Assembly: GCA_946626785.1 (NCBI GenBank)
Contig: CAMOUY010000001.1
Span: forward strand, 12,116 to 76,115
Direction of reading: 5' to 3'
Source: an uncultured Sphaerochaeta sp.
GTDB taxonomy: Bacteria; Spirochaetota; Spirochaetia; Sphaerochaetales; Sphaerochaetaceae
Length of the DNA: 64,000 nt
Shown: positions 28,908 through 38,974 of the stretch, piece after piece
Position numbering within the stretch: position 1 is the stretch's first letter
How the letters are laid out: each line of letters opens with the position of its first letter
Position numbers and translations under genes: made by a program
Notes under the pieces: model-generated
Databases searched by the model: none
The model's input: only the letters and a program-made list of their open reading frames with translations
What the model was told of the DNA's origin: nothing

Positions 28908-30764
28908 ATGGAAAGAAAGCAGTTCAAGACAGAGGTCTCGGATCTTCTGCATCTGATCATTCACTCACTCTACTCACATAAGGAGATCTTCCTTCGCGAG
29001 CTGGTGTCCAACGCATCCGATGCTCTGGACAAGCTCAAGTACAAGACACTCGTGGATGGAAAGGCCGTCGACGGCGAGCTGAGAATCGACATCAGCTTCA
29101 CAGAGGGCGACAAGCGCACACTCACAATCTCCGACAACGGTATTGGAATGACACACGACGAGCTGAACGAGAACCTGGGTACCATCGCCCATTCCGGCAC
29201 AAAGCACTTCCTGGCCAACCTGACAAACGACCAGAAGAAGGACAGCAACCTGATCGGACAGTTCGGAGTAGGCTTCTATTCAGCCTTCATGGTCGCAGAC
29301 AAGGTCGAGGTCATCTCAAAGGCATACGGCGAGGAGCAGGCCTACAAGTGGGTCAGCGACGGAAGAGAGAAGTACACCATCGAGGAGGCAGAGAGGGAAG
29401 GCTGCGGAACAACCATCATCCTGCACCTGAACGACGAGGGCAAGGAGTTCGGAAACCGCTGGCAGATCGAGAACCTCATCAAGCAGTACAGCGACCACAT
29501 CGCATATCCTATCTACCTGGCCTATGACCAGAACACCTACGATGACAAGTACAACGTCACCGGCACAGAGCACAAGGTCGAAAAGATCAACAGTGCAGCA
29601 GCACTCTGGGCAAGAAGCAAGAGCGAGCTCAAGGAGGAGGACTACAACGACTTCTACAAGAACTCCTACTACGACTCAGAGAACCCTCTTTTCTACATCC
29701 ACACAAAGGCTGAGGGCGCAACCGAGTACACAACGCTGTTCTTCATCCCTGCAAAGGCTCCGTTCGACATGTACCACGCAGACTACAAGCCGGGCGTCAA
29801 GCTCTACGTCAAGCGAGTCTACATCACAGACGATGATAAGGAGCTCCTGCCTACATACCTTCGCTTTGTCCGCGGAATCATCGACAGCGAGGACCTGCCA
29901 CTGAACGTCTCGAGAGAGATCCTTCAGCAGAACAGGGTCATGACAACAATCAGAAACGCTTCAGTTAAGAAGCTTCTCGGCGAGTTCAAGAAGATCGCCG
30001 ACCAGAACCCTGAGCTCTACACCAAGTTCATCGATCAGTACAACAGACCACTCAAGGAAGGTCTCTACCAGGACTACGCAAACCGCGATGAACTGCTTGA
30101 GCTCGTACGCTTCAAGAGCACAGCAGTCGACGGCTACACCTCTCTTGCAGCCTACAAGGAGAGGATGGTCACAGACCAGAAGGGAATCTACTACATCACA
30201 GGTTCCGATGAGAACGCACTCAAGAGCTCACCGCTTCTTGCAACCTTCAAGGAGAAGGGAATCGAGGTTCTTCTGATGACAGACGACATCGACGACCTTG
30301 TCATCTCATCAGTGGGAAAGTACAAGGACCTCCAGCTCAAGGCCGTGAACAAGAGCGGAACGATGGACGACTTCCTCACAGAGGATGAGAAGAAGAAGGC
30401 AAAGGAAGAGGGCACAGCGGTTTCAGAGAAGCTGAAGAAGGCCCTTGGAGAGAGAGTCAAGGAGGTCGTGGTCTCAACAAGACTGAAGGACGTCTCTGCA
30501 GTTGTCGTCACAGACGAGAACGACCCATCGGTTCAGATGCAGCAGCTCATGAAGGCCATGGGCCAGGGAGACTATGAGGGCAGTGCACCGATTCTTGAGG
30601 TCAACGCAGAGGATGGCTTCGTGAAGAGAATCATGGACAGCAAGGACGACCAGTTCGTAGCCGATGCAGCAAGCGTTCTTCTTGACCAGGCTCTTCTCTC
30701 AGAAGGTGTCATGCCGAAGAACCCTGCGGAGTTCACAAGGAAGCTCCATTCACTTCTTGTATAA
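28908..30764 (+). CDS. htpG: molecular chaperone HtpG (Hsp90)
   Basis: The LIIHSLYSHKEIFLRELVSNASDALDK and IGQFGVGFYSAF signatures are present. 618 aa. Confidence 0.96.
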   Translation: MERKQFKTEVSDLLHLIIHSLYSHKEIFLRELVSNASDALDKLKYKTLVDGKAVDGELRIDISFTEGDKRTLTISDNGIGMTHDELNENLGTIAHSGTKHFLANLTNDQKKDSNLIGQFGVGFYSAFMVADKVEVISKAYGEEQAYKWVSDGREKYTIEEAEREGCGTTIILHLNDEGKEFGNRWQIENLIKQYSDHIAYPIYLAYDQNTYDDKYNVTGTEHKVEKINSAAALWARSKSELKEEDYNDFYKNSYYDSENPLFYIHTKAEGATEYTTLFFIPAKAPFDMYHADYKPGVKLYVKRVYITDDDKELLPTYLRFVRGIIDSEDLPLNVSREILQQNRVMTTIRNASVKKLLGEFKKIADQNPELYTKFIDQYNRPLKEGLYQDYANRDELLELVRFKSTAVDGYTSLAAYKERMVTDQKGIYYITGSDENALKSSPLLATFKEKGIEVLLMTDDIDDLVISSVGKYKDLQLKAVNKSGTMDDFLTEDEKKKAKEEGTAVSEKLKKALGERVKEVVVSTRLKDVSAVVVTDENDPSVQMQQLMKAMGQGDYEGSAPILEVNAEDGFVKRIMDSKDDQFVADAASVLLDQALLSEGVMPKNPAEFTRKLHSLLV

Positions 30765-30788
30765 CAGCGGAAACGCAAAAACTTTCTT

Positions 30789-30820
30789 AGCCACAGTGGT
30801 TTCGACCATTGTGGCTTTTT
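30789..30820 (+). terminator. intrinsic terminator after htpG (between convergent htpG and slyX)
   Basis: AGCCACAGTGG-TTTCGA-CCATTGTGGCT forms an 11-bp stem with one G-U pair, followed by TTTTT. Confidence 0.55.
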
Positions 30821-30822
30821 CT

Positions 30823-31023
30823 TTAATAGTGAGGTGGCTTCCTGTTAGGCCTGGCCTCTGTGTCCAGGTCCTCGATTCTCTTGGCAAGGATCTCGTTCTG
30901 CTTCTCGAGCTTTGTCACAAGCATCTGCTGCTCTGCCACAATGTCGTTCAGTTCCCTGACCACATCCTGGAGATAGACCAGATCGGTCTCTATCTTGATG
31001 ATTCTGTCTTCGTTCTTGTCCAT
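30823..31023 (-). CDS. slyX: SlyX-family coiled-coil protein
   Basis: 66-aa ORF with a heptad-rich sequence and a C-terminal ...RKPPHY that resembles the SlyX C-terminal PPPHY. Confidence 0.65.
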   Translation of the reverse strand: MDKNEDRIIKIETDLVYLQDVVRELNDIVAEQQMLVTKLEKQNEILAKRIEDLDTEARPNRKPPHY

Positions 31024-31147
31024 GGCCTGATTCTAATCCCTTTTCGCTCCTTTTTACAATTCGGATTCCAAAGAGGGCTGAACGGCAACAACCTTTTCTC
31101 TATATGCAACAAATTATTAAATTTTTGTAAAATAAGCACTTCTGATT

Positions 31148-31179
31148 TGTTGCAACATGTTGCTAAATTTGTTTATAAT
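31148..31179 (+). promoter_or_regulatory. sigma70-like promoter overlapping a 10-bp perfect palindrome (putative autoregulatory operator)
   Basis: TTGCAA (31150-31155), an 18-nt spacer, then TATAAT (31174-31179). The palindrome TGTTGCAACA (31148-31157) covers the -35 element. Related GCAACA/TTGCAAAG repeats occur at about 31104 and 31184-31199. Confidence 0.4.
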
Positions 31180-31226
31180 GCCCTTGCAAAGTTGCAAAAG
31201 AGACAAAAGGCAGAGAGGGGCAAGCC

Positions 31227-32204
31227 ATGAAAGGTGAACGTGTAGCACAGCTGGAGTTGATTCTCAGGAGCCATCCTGAAGGGTTGAGAAAATCCGACAT
31301 TGCCAGACGTATTGGTGTCCATAGAAGCACTATCGGCAGATACATAGATGAGTTGAAGCAGTACAGCGACATCTACGAGGACAATAATCTGATAAAGATA
31401 ATGCCGAGCTCCGAGGAGGAGCACCTTTCACTGAGCGTCTACGAGAGCCTTGCCCTCAACATGGGTGCTGAGATGATGCTCAAGAACTCCGAGTTCAGGA
31501 ATCCGCATCTTGCCTCGGGTCTCAGAAAGATCGCGATGGGGATGAAGAGCTATGCCCCTACCGCAGGTGAAAACCTGATGGCCATTGCAGACCAGATCGA
31601 GGCAGAATCCTCGAAGCAGGACTCCCTGCACAACGAGAGCCTTGAGGTTCTGATCGACGCCTGGGTCTCCGGAAGGATGGTCAGAATCATCCATTCCCAC
31701 ACCAACAAGGAAAACGGAGAGGTTGTTGACGAGGAGACGGAACTGGCCCCTTACTTCATCGGCTTCGTTGAAAGCGACAGCGGCAGAAACCCTGTCACCG
31801 TAACAGGAAGAATCCGCCACACAACGGAGATCGTCACCCTGGACATCACAAAGATCAAGAGCATAACGATCCTGAACGAGACCTACACCATTCCTGACAA
31901 CCTGAAGGCCTTCAGGAAGATGGAGAGCCCTGCAGACCCTGAGTATGTCGTCGATACTATCCCGTTGGAGCTGCTTGTGCACGAGAAGAGCGCAATGAAG
32001 ACCTTCGACACCCTGTCCCATGGAGAGACAGTGTGCGAGAAGCAGCCTGACGGAACAAGTATATACAAGTTCGAGGCAGAGAACTCCATTGAGCTGATTC
32101 TCCGCATAATCCAGTGCGGCGATGCCGTCGAGGTTCTCGGACCGGCCAAGTTCAGAGCCAGGTTCACCTCCTATCTGCAGCAGATTCTGAACCTGTACAA
32201 GTAA
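31227..32204 (+). CDS. HTH + WYL-like domain transcriptional regulator (YafY/PafBC-like architecture)
   Basis: It has an N-terminal wHTH (EGLRKSDIARRIGVHRSTIGRYIDEL). The central region (ELAPYFIGFVE...VTGRIRHTTEIVTLDITKIKSITILNETY) fits the WYL domain pattern. The call is from pattern memory only. Confidence 0.5.
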   Translation: MKGERVAQLELILRSHPEGLRKSDIARRIGVHRSTIGRYIDELKQYSDIYEDNNLIKIMPSSEEEHLSLSVYESLALNMGAEMMLKNSEFRNPHLASGLRKIAMGMKSYAPTAGENLMAIADQIEAESSKQDSLHNESLEVLIDAWVSGRMVRIIHSHTNKENGEVVDEETELAPYFIGFVESDSGRNPVTVTGRIRHTTEIVTLDITKIKSITILNETYTIPDNLKAFRKMESPADPEYVVDTIPLELLVHEKSAMKTFDTLSHGETVCEKQPDGTSIYKFEAENSIELILRIIQCGDAVEVLGPAKFRARFTSYLQQILNLYK

Positions 32205-32272
32205 GTACAATCAAATATCAATATTCTCTTTGAATTGTTCTCAGTTGGCATTTTTTCTGTTACATTTGAGTC

Positions 32273-35200
32273 ATGACAGAATTCGTACATCTACATAACC
32301 ATACAGATTTCTCCCTGCTTGACGGAGCAGCCTCCATCTCGAGGTACGTCGCCAAGGCCAAGGAGTTCGGAATGAAGGCCCTGGCCATCACTGACCATGG
32401 AAACATGTTCGGAGTTCTGGATTTCTACGACGCCTGCAAGGCGGCCGGAATCCAGCCCATTCCAGGATGCGAGTTCTACATCAACCCGGAGGGAAGGGCG
32501 ATAAGGGATGCCGGCAACCACTACTACCACCTGATCCTGCTTGCAATGAACGACAAGGGCTACCACAATTTGATGGAGCTTAACAGCATCGCCTACCTCG
32601 AGGGTTTCTACTACAAGCCGCGTATCGACGCACAGGCTCTGATGGAGCACAGCGAGGGCCTGATCTGCACATCAGCATGTCTTGCAGGAGAGATTCCGCA
32701 GAAGCTTCTTGCGGGAAACATAGAGGGAGCCTACGAGACTGCCCGCTGGTACAAGAACCTCTTCGGAGACAGATACTACATCGAGATCCAGAACCACTTC
32801 ATCCCGGAGGAGATCCAGGTGCTGCCGCAGCTGGTGAAGCTTGCCCGCGACATGGACATAAAGCTGGTGGCCACCAACGACATCCACTACATCGACAAGT
32901 CAGATGCGAATGCACATGACATCCTGCTGTGCATCGGAACCGGAAAGAAGAAGGCCGACACGGACAGAATGCGCTTCGACACCGAGGAGTTCTACATGAA
33001 GAGCCCCGATGAGATGGCCGAGCTGTTCTCCGAGTACCCAGATGCGATCTCCAACACGGTTGAGCTTGCCGAGAGATGCAACTTCGAGATCGAGTTCCCT
33101 GGTCCGAAGCTTCCAAGCGTTGATGTCCCTCCTCAGTACAAGGACACAAAGGAGTATCTCACAGCCCTTTCCTGGGATGGTCTCAGAAGAAGATACCCGG
33201 GCTACGAGAACGACCCTGAACAGAAGAAGGTCCTTGAGGAGAGGCTGAACTACGAGCTGGGCGTCATCCTGAAGATGGGCTTCGACGGCTACTACCTGAT
33301 TGTCCGTGACTACATCTACTGGGCAAAGACCCATGGAATCCCGGTAGGAGCAGGAAGAGGCTCCGGAGCCGGATCAATGGTCGCATACTGTGTGGACATC
33401 ACGAACGTCGACCCCATTGCACACGATCTTCTGTTCGAGAGGTTCCTGAACCCTGAAAGAGTCTCGCTTCCTGATTTTGACATCGACTTCTGCTATGAAG
33501 GCAGACAGAGAGTGATAGACTACGTCACAGAGCATTATGGCGTGGACAGAGTCGGACAGATCGCAACCTTCGGAACCCTGAAGGCCAAGGCTGTAGTCAA
33601 GGATGTCGCCAGAGTCCTGGACATCCCTTTCGACGAGTCCAACAAGATCACGAAATTCATCCTCGATGTGCTTCCTGACGAGGCAAAGGCCGAGCATGTG
33701 ACCTCTCTTCTGGAGTGGTCGATCCATGTTTCACCTGAATTGCAGGAAATGAGGGCCCGTGGTGGCGTATATGAGGAACTTTTTGATGTATCTCTTAGGC
33801 TAGAGAACCTCTCCAGACATGTTTCAACCCATGCCTGCGGTGTTGTCATAGGCCAGACGGCCCTGAAGAACTACGTCCCACTGTACAAGGATCCTAAATC
33901 AGGTGGCATCTCCACCCAGTACACCATGAACAACCTGGAGAGATGCGGACTGGTCAAGATGGACTTCCTTGGGCTGAAGACCCTTACGCTGATCAGAAAC
34001 ACAGAAAGGCTCATAAGGAAGAAGGACCCGACCTTCGATGTCGAGAAGATCAAGGACGGGGACAAGGAGACCTTCGAGATGCTGTCAAAGGGGGACAGCA
34101 TGATGGTGTTCCAGCTTGAAAGCCCTGGCATGCAGAAGAACCTCAGACTCCTGGAACCAACAAGGTTCGACGAGCTTGACGCCATGGTCTCTCTGTACAG
34201 ACCTGGTCCTATGGAGTATATCCCGAGATACATCGACTCGAAGCAGGGCAGAATCCCCATCCAGTATCCTGATCCATCGCTTGAGAACCTCCTGAAGTCC
34301 ACCTATGGTGTCATAGTCTACCAGGAGCAGGTCATGCGTGTTGCCCAGATAATAGCGGGCTTCACCCTTGGAGAAGCAGACACGCTCAGAAAGATCATGG
34401 GAAAGAAGAAGGTCAAGCTCATGCCTGCCCAGAGGGAGAAATTCATCAAGGGCGCAATGGAGAAGGGCCACACGGAGCAGCACGCAGCCGAGATCTTCCA
34501 CATGCTCGAGCCGTTTGCGAAGTACGGATTCAACAAGAGCCACAGTGTGTGCTACACGGTTCTTGCCTACAGGACAGCCTATCTCAAGTGCCACTACAAG
34601 CCTGAGTTCCTGGCCGCCAACCTGACCAACGAGATCGGATCTGGTGACAAGTACAAGGAATACCTCGAGTACGTGAAGAACCAGGGTGTGCAGATCCTCC
34701 CTCCGAACATCAACGACTCCGAAATGTACTTCAACGTAATCGGTGACAAGCTGATCTACGGACTTGCCGGAATCAAGGGTGTGGGTGCGCCTACAGTGCA
34801 GAGCATCCTTGACGAGAGGAACGCCAACGGTCCGTACAAGGACTTCATGGACTTCATCAGAAGAAGCGACGCCAAGGTCCTGAACTCGGGCGTTCTGGAA
34901 GGTCTAATAAACAGCGGAACCTTCGACTGCTTCGGTTTCAACAGACCGACGCTGATCGAGAACTACGAGATGGCCATCAAGTCCACAAAGGAGGACAAGG
35001 ACGCCCAGAGCATGGGGCAGAACCTCCTGTTCGGAATGGACGATGACACAGCCACACACTTCGAGATGAAGGTCAAACCGGACTATGACTTCCTGGAGAA
35101 GCTCGAGATCGAGAAGAACTATCTTGGGTTCTACGTCTCCGGCCATCCTCTGGACACCTACAAGACCGTCTGGGAGAACTGCGTCAAGCTGGATCTCTCA

Positions 35201-35749
35201 AAGCCGGAGAGGATCACAGAGGGTCCGAAGTACGATTTCATCGGAATGGTCACGGAGCTCAAGGAGATCCAGACCAAGTCCGGAGGAAAGATGGGAAGGC
35301 TGACCCTTGAGGACTACAACGGGCATCTTGATGTCACGATCTTCCCTAAGCAGTGGGCAATGTGCTCCTTGGGAATCTCTGTGGGCAAGATCATCGGTGT
35401 GCACGGCAGCTTCAAGACCTACAACGAGAGGCAGGGCTTCACAGCCGATGTCGTGTATGGAGACCCACATCAGATGAAGCCGGAGAGGGCAAGACGCGTG
35501 ACCGTCGAGATCGACCAGAGCATCTACGCTGGACGTGACTCCCTCAGGGAGATGCGCTCCGTCATCAGGAAGCACAGAGGTGCCGCAGAGGTCGCATTCG
35601 TCGTCTACCCGGGCACGAACGATGAAGGCAAGCTTGAGGGTCGCAGCAGAAAGGTCGTCGCCGGCGAGAGGTTCGGTGTCGACGGAAGCAGAGAGCTCAT
35701 GGCTGAGCTCCGTGAATGCCAGAGTGTCTACGACGTCTACTCTGAATGA
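32273..35749 (+). CDS. dnaE: DNA polymerase III alpha subunit
   Basis: 1158-aa ORF with an N-terminal PHP domain (FVHLHNHTDFSLLDGA, AITDHGNMFG), a polymerase core (PDFDIDF) and an OB-fold C-terminus. Confidence 0.96.
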   Translation: MTEFVHLHNHTDFSLLDGAASISRYVAKAKEFGMKALAITDHGNMFGVLDFYDACKAAGIQPIPGCEFYINPEGRAIRDAGNHYYHLILLAMNDKGYHNLMELNSIAYLEGFYYKPRIDAQALMEHSEGLICTSACLAGEIPQKLLAGNIEGAYETARWYKNLFGDRYYIEIQNHFIPEEIQVLPQLVKLARDMDIKLVATNDIHYIDKSDANAHDILLCIGTGKKKADTDRMRFDTEEFYMKSPDEMAELFSEYPDAISNTVELAERCNFEIEFPGPKLPSVDVPPQYKDTKEYLTALSWDGLRRRYPGYENDPEQKKVLEERLNYELGVILKMGFDGYYLIVRDYIYWAKTHGIPVGAGRGSGAGSMVAYCVDITNVDPIAHDLLFERFLNPERVSLPDFDIDFCYEGRQRVIDYVTEHYGVDRVGQIATFGTLKAKAVVKDVARVLDIPFDESNKITKFILDVLPDEAKAEHVTSLLEWSIHVSPELQEMRARGGVYEELFDVSLRLENLSRHVSTHACGVVIGQTALKNYVPLYKDPKSGGISTQYTMNNLERCGLVKMDFLGLKTLTLIRNTERLIRKKDPTFDVEKIKDGDKETFEMLSKGDSMMVFQLESPGMQKNLRLLEPTRFDELDAMVSLYRPGPMEYIPRYIDSKQGRIPIQYPDPSLENLLKSTYGVIVYQEQVMRVAQIIAGFTLGEADTLRKIMGKKKVKLMPAQREKFIKGAMEKGHTEQHAAEIFHMLEPFAKYGFNKSHSVCYTVLAYRTAYLKCHYKPEFLAANLTNEIGSGDKYKEYLEYVKNQGVQILPPNINDSEMYFNVIGDKLIYGLAGIKGVGAPTVQSILDERNANGPYKDFMDFIRRSDAKVLNSGVLEGLINSGTFDCFGFNRPTLIENYEMAIKSTKEDKDAQSMGQNLLFGMDDDTATHFEMKVKPDYDFLEKLEIEKNYLGFYVSGHPLDTYKTVWENCVKLDLSKPERITEGPKYDFIGMVTELKEIQTKSGGKMGRLTLEDYNGHLDVTIFPKQWAMCSLGISVGKIIGVHGSFKTYNERQGFTADVVYGDPHQMKPERARRVTVEIDQSIYAGRDSLREMRSVIRKHRGAAEVAFVVYPGTNDEGKLEGRSRKVVAGERFGVDGSRELMAELRECQSVYDVYSE

Positions 35750-35766
35750 TTGATATGTGAGGTTGC

Positions 35767-36432
35767 ATGGAGTTTGTACAAGGAATCTGTGGCTTTCTAG
35801 CAAGCCTTCTAGGACTATACTCAGCAGTTATATTCGTCAGGATCATAATCTCGTGGATTCTGCTCTTCAGCCGTCAGAACGGATGGAGATCCGGCAACGG
35901 AGGCTATGGCTACAACCAGGAGAACTACAACCAGCCCACAGGTCTGGCAAAGGTTGACCAGGTTCTGGGAAAGATCTGCGACCCGTTCCTGAACATGTTC
36001 CGCGGTGTCAAGTCGCTGAGAAGGTCGCGCATTGATTTCACACCTCTTCTGGCCCTGGTTGTGCTCAGCATAGTCAGAAGCCTTCTGAGCATGTTCGCAC
36101 AGTACGGAAAGATCTCCATCTGGACCGTCATTGCAGTGATAATCAGTGGCCTGTGGAACTCATTCTTCTCTCTTTTGCTGTTCATTCTGATAGTTTTGCT
36201 CATTGTTAGACTGATCGTCACAAACAAGACCACAACAAACGCATACAATGTGATCAATGCCCTGGACCCCATCCTGGACAGCCCTGTGGGCTTTGTCTAC
36301 AAGCTCTTCTACAAGGGCAAGAGGGTGGATGACAAGAAGGTCGTGATCACATCCCTGATATTCTACGCCGTGCTGTTCTTCCTTCTAAGATGGGGAGTGT
36401 CGGCACTGGTGAACTTCCTTGCAAGCATGTAG
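35767..36432 (+). CDS. YggT-family integral membrane protein (two YGGT repeats)
   Basis: AVIFVRIIISWIL ... ICDPFLNMFRGVKSLRRSRIDFTPLLALVVL fits the YggT motif, with a second weaker repeat. A Gly/Asn/Tyr-rich insert (GNGGYGYNQENYNQ) lies in the first loop. Confidence 0.55.
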   Translation: MEFVQGICGFLASLLGLYSAVIFVRIIISWILLFSRQNGWRSGNGGYGYNQENYNQPTGLAKVDQVLGKICDPFLNMFRGVKSLRRSRIDFTPLLALVVLSIVRSLLSMFAQYGKISIWTVIAVIISGLWNSFFSLLLFILIVLLIVRLIVTNKTTTNAYNVINALDPILDSPVGFVYKLFYKGKRVDDKKVVITSLIFYAVLFFLLRWGVSALVNFLASM

Positions 36433-36439
36433 GTGAAAG

Positions 36440-38494
36440 ATGTTCATTGGAGCTCTGAAAGGTGACATCAAAGGTCTCACAGGAATAGGGAAGAAGACGC
36501 GTGAGGAGTATGAGAAACTTGGCGTCAGAACCATTTGTGACCTTATCTCGATGACGCCAAGGGGCTACGAGGACAGAAGCCACCGCATATGCATAGGGCA
36601 CCAGAACGATGACGAGGGGACCTGGACTAACACCTTTGTCCGCGCAGAGAGTGTGAACCTCTTCGGAGCCGGACGCAAGAACGTCAAGATCATCGTCAGG
36701 GACACGGAGAACAACCAGAAGGCCTTCCTTATGGGCTTCAACCGCACGTTTCTGGCAAAAACCGTATTCCCAGGCTGTTATTACCATCTCTATGCCAACA
36801 TCACACCATACGGAACTGGCCTCACAGCTTCTCAGTTCGAGCTCAAGCCAGTAAGGGAAGAGGACCTGATGGTCGTGGGCGACATGCTTCTGGACCAGGG
36901 CATCCTTCCGGTCTACGGCCTTAGCGGAACACTTACTCAGAAGACCCTTAGACGAGACGTCAAGGCTGCCCTTGCCGTTGCAGGTCACATAGATGATGAG
37001 ATCCCTCAGGTAATAATGGACAAATATCGTCTGATGCCTCTGGACAAGGCCTTCAGGGAGATCCACTTTCCGACTTCCGAGAAGAATCTGAAGGATGCCA
37101 GAAGGTCCCTTGCCTTCAGAGAGGTCTTCTATCTGCAGCTTCAGGCCAAGCGCAGACCACCTGTAGAGCGTAAGAGGCAGGCGATAGACAGCAAGATATA
37201 TACGGCAGAGACGAACTTCATAAAGAGCCTTCCGTTCGAGCTCACGGCAGACCAGGTCAAGGTTCTGGACGAGATCAGAAAGGACATGAGCGGCCCTGAA
37301 AGCATGAACCGCCTGCTTCAAGGTGATGTAGGCTCCGGAAAAACCCTCGTGGCCTGGGTTTCGGCTCTCCATGCCATCTGCACAGGAGCCCAGGTGGCCT
37401 TCATGGCACCGACAGAGCTTCTTGCACGCCAGCATGCACAGGTTGCGGACTCTCTTTTCAGGGAATCCGGGGTTCGTGTGGCCTTCCTGAACGGCGAGGT
37501 CCACGGAAAACCAAGGCAGGCGCTTCTTGAGCAGCTCAAAGCCGGAAACATAGACCTGTTGATAGGGACACATGCACTTTTTTCAAAGGATGTCGAGTAC
37601 AGGAACCTTCGTTACGTCATAATCGACGAGCAGCATCGCTTTGGAGTAGAGCAGAGACAGGCTCTTCTGGAGAAGGGCCTTGAACCAGATGTCCTTCTGA
37701 TGACTGCAACCCCTATCCCAAGAACCCTTGCACTGACTGTTTTCGGGAACCTCAATGTCTCGACCATTAAGACGATGCCGAAGGGCAGACTGCCTATAAT
37801 CACCCACCTTGTGGATGACAGCAAGCGTGACCGCATGTACGATGCCGTTGGCGTTGAGATGCAGAGAGGCCATCAGGCCTACTTCGTCTATCCCAGAATC
37901 GATGACGAGGGGAATTCGGATCTTCGCGATGTGCAGACAATGTACGAGTTCCTGTCCACAAAGAAATATCCGCAGTTCCATGGCGCTCTGATACACAGCA
38001 GACTTCCGGAAGAGGACAAGATCTCCATTCTGAACGATTTTGCCGCAGGAAAGCTGGACTATCTTGTCTCGACATCGGTCGTTGAGGTCGGAATCGACGT
38101 GCCTAACGCAACCTGCATGGTCGTCGAGCACAGCGAGAACTTCGGATTGTCGGCTCTCCATCAGCTACGCGGCCGTGTCGGAAGAAGCAGCCTGCAGAGC
38201 TGGTGTTTCCTTGCCTATGAGAAGACCATAACAGAGGACGGAAAGAAGAGACTCTCCGTTCTGAGACGCACAAACGACGGTTTCGAGATCGCAGAGGAGG
38301 ACCTCAAGATCAGAGGGCCAGGAGAGCTTTCCGGAATCAGACAGAGCGGCTTCCTCCACCTTAAGTTCGCAGACCTTGAGAAGGACGTCCCTATGATGGC
38401 TGCAGCACGTGACGAGGTCGATGCCATCCTTTCCTCGGACCCGGGACTTCTCAGCATGGACAACGCCGTGATCAGGCAGGTGCTTTCTCTTTAA
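36440..38494 (+). CDS. recG: ATP-dependent DNA helicase RecG
   Basis: It has a wedge domain, helicase motifs (QGDVGSGKT, DEQHRFG, TATPIPRT) and the signature LHQLRGRVGR. 684 aa. Confidence 0.92.
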   Translation: MFIGALKGDIKGLTGIGKKTREEYEKLGVRTICDLISMTPRGYEDRSHRICIGHQNDDEGTWTNTFVRAESVNLFGAGRKNVKIIVRDTENNQKAFLMGFNRTFLAKTVFPGCYYHLYANITPYGTGLTASQFELKPVREEDLMVVGDMLLDQGILPVYGLSGTLTQKTLRRDVKAALAVAGHIDDEIPQVIMDKYRLMPLDKAFREIHFPTSEKNLKDARRSLAFREVFYLQLQAKRRPPVERKRQAIDSKIYTAETNFIKSLPFELTADQVKVLDEIRKDMSGPESMNRLLQGDVGSGKTLVAWVSALHAICTGAQVAFMAPTELLARQHAQVADSLFRESGVRVAFLNGEVHGKPRQALLEQLKAGNIDLLIGTHALFSKDVEYRNLRYVIIDEQHRFGVEQRQALLEKGLEPDVLLMTATPIPRTLALTVFGNLNVSTIKTMPKGRLPIITHLVDDSKRDRMYDAVGVEMQRGHQAYFVYPRIDDEGNSDLRDVQTMYEFLSTKKYPQFHGALIHSRLPEEDKISILNDFAAGKLDYLVSTSVVEVGIDVPNATCMVVEHSENFGLSALHQLRGRVGRSSLQSWCFLAYEKTITEDGKKRLSVLRRTNDGFEIAEEDLKIRGPGELSGIRQSGFLHLKFADLEKDVPMMAAARDEVDAILSSDPGLLSMDNAVIRQVLSL

Positions 38495-38550
38495 TCTTTA
38501 AACAAAGAGCCTCTTTTGACTAGTAACTACAAGTTTAGTATCTTGCATTT

Positions 38551-38583
38551 CTGGAGGTTCCAAATTGGACCTCCAGTTTTTTT
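38551..38583 (+). terminator. intrinsic terminator after recG
   Basis: CTGGAGGT(T)CC-AAATT-GGACCTCCAG forms a 10-bp stem with one bulge, followed by T7. Confidence 0.7.
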
Positions 38584-38652
38584 CTGTGGTTTTTCTCTTT
38601 TTCCTTGGCTTCCGGATTCCCTGATGGCAGAATGAAATCAAGGAGGCCGTCC

Positions 38653-38916
38653 ATGATGTCCTATGAGAACAATTTCCAGATGTACTTCGTCGAACTCGGA
38701 TTGGAGGAGGGAGAACGTCGCGGCCGACTGAAGGCCATGCGCGACATAGCCTACACGATGTCCGACCTGGGCTATACCGTGGGCACAATAATGAAGTGCC
38801 TGAAAGTGACCGAGACCCAGTTCCGCTACCTTGTAAACTGCACGGACTGGGACGTGGAATCAGTGACCACAACCGCCTGCAGGATCAACAGGCCGGTGTA
38901 TAAGGGAGATGGTTGA
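38653..38916 (+). CDS. hypothetical 87-aa protein (helical; weak resemblance to the C-terminal repeat of Rpn/YhgA-like proteins)
   Basis: An AGGAGG RBS lies 6 nt before ATG 38653. The sequence is MMSYENNFQMYFVELGLEEGERRGRLKAMRDIAYTMSDLGYTVGTIMKCLKV... Its last 68 nt lie in the left copy of the 72-bp direct repeat. Confidence 0.4.
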   Translation: MMSYENNFQMYFVELGLEEGERRGRLKAMRDIAYTMSDLGYTVGTIMKCLKVTETQFRYLVNCTDWDVESVTTTACRINRPVYKGDG

Positions 38917-38920
38917 AATG
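38849..38920 (+). repeat. 72-bp direct repeat, left copy (flanks the MNT/HepT cassette)
   Basis: GGGACGTGGAATCAGTGACCACAACCGCCTGCAGGATCAACAGGCCGGTGTATAAGGGAGATGGTTGAAATG is identical to 39915-39986 (72/72 by hand comparison). Confidence 0.95.
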
Positions 38921-38974
38921 TAAATGTTGTTTTCTGCGACGGATAGGTATATACTTATCTATGCGGAGAACAAT

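Noticed and set aside
38924-38974. Upstream start (MLFSATDRYILIYAENN...) for the MNT gene as given by the ORF track
   Set aside because: It has no RBS and begins 3 nt after the repeat junction. ATG 38975 has a GGAGA RBS at proper spacing.
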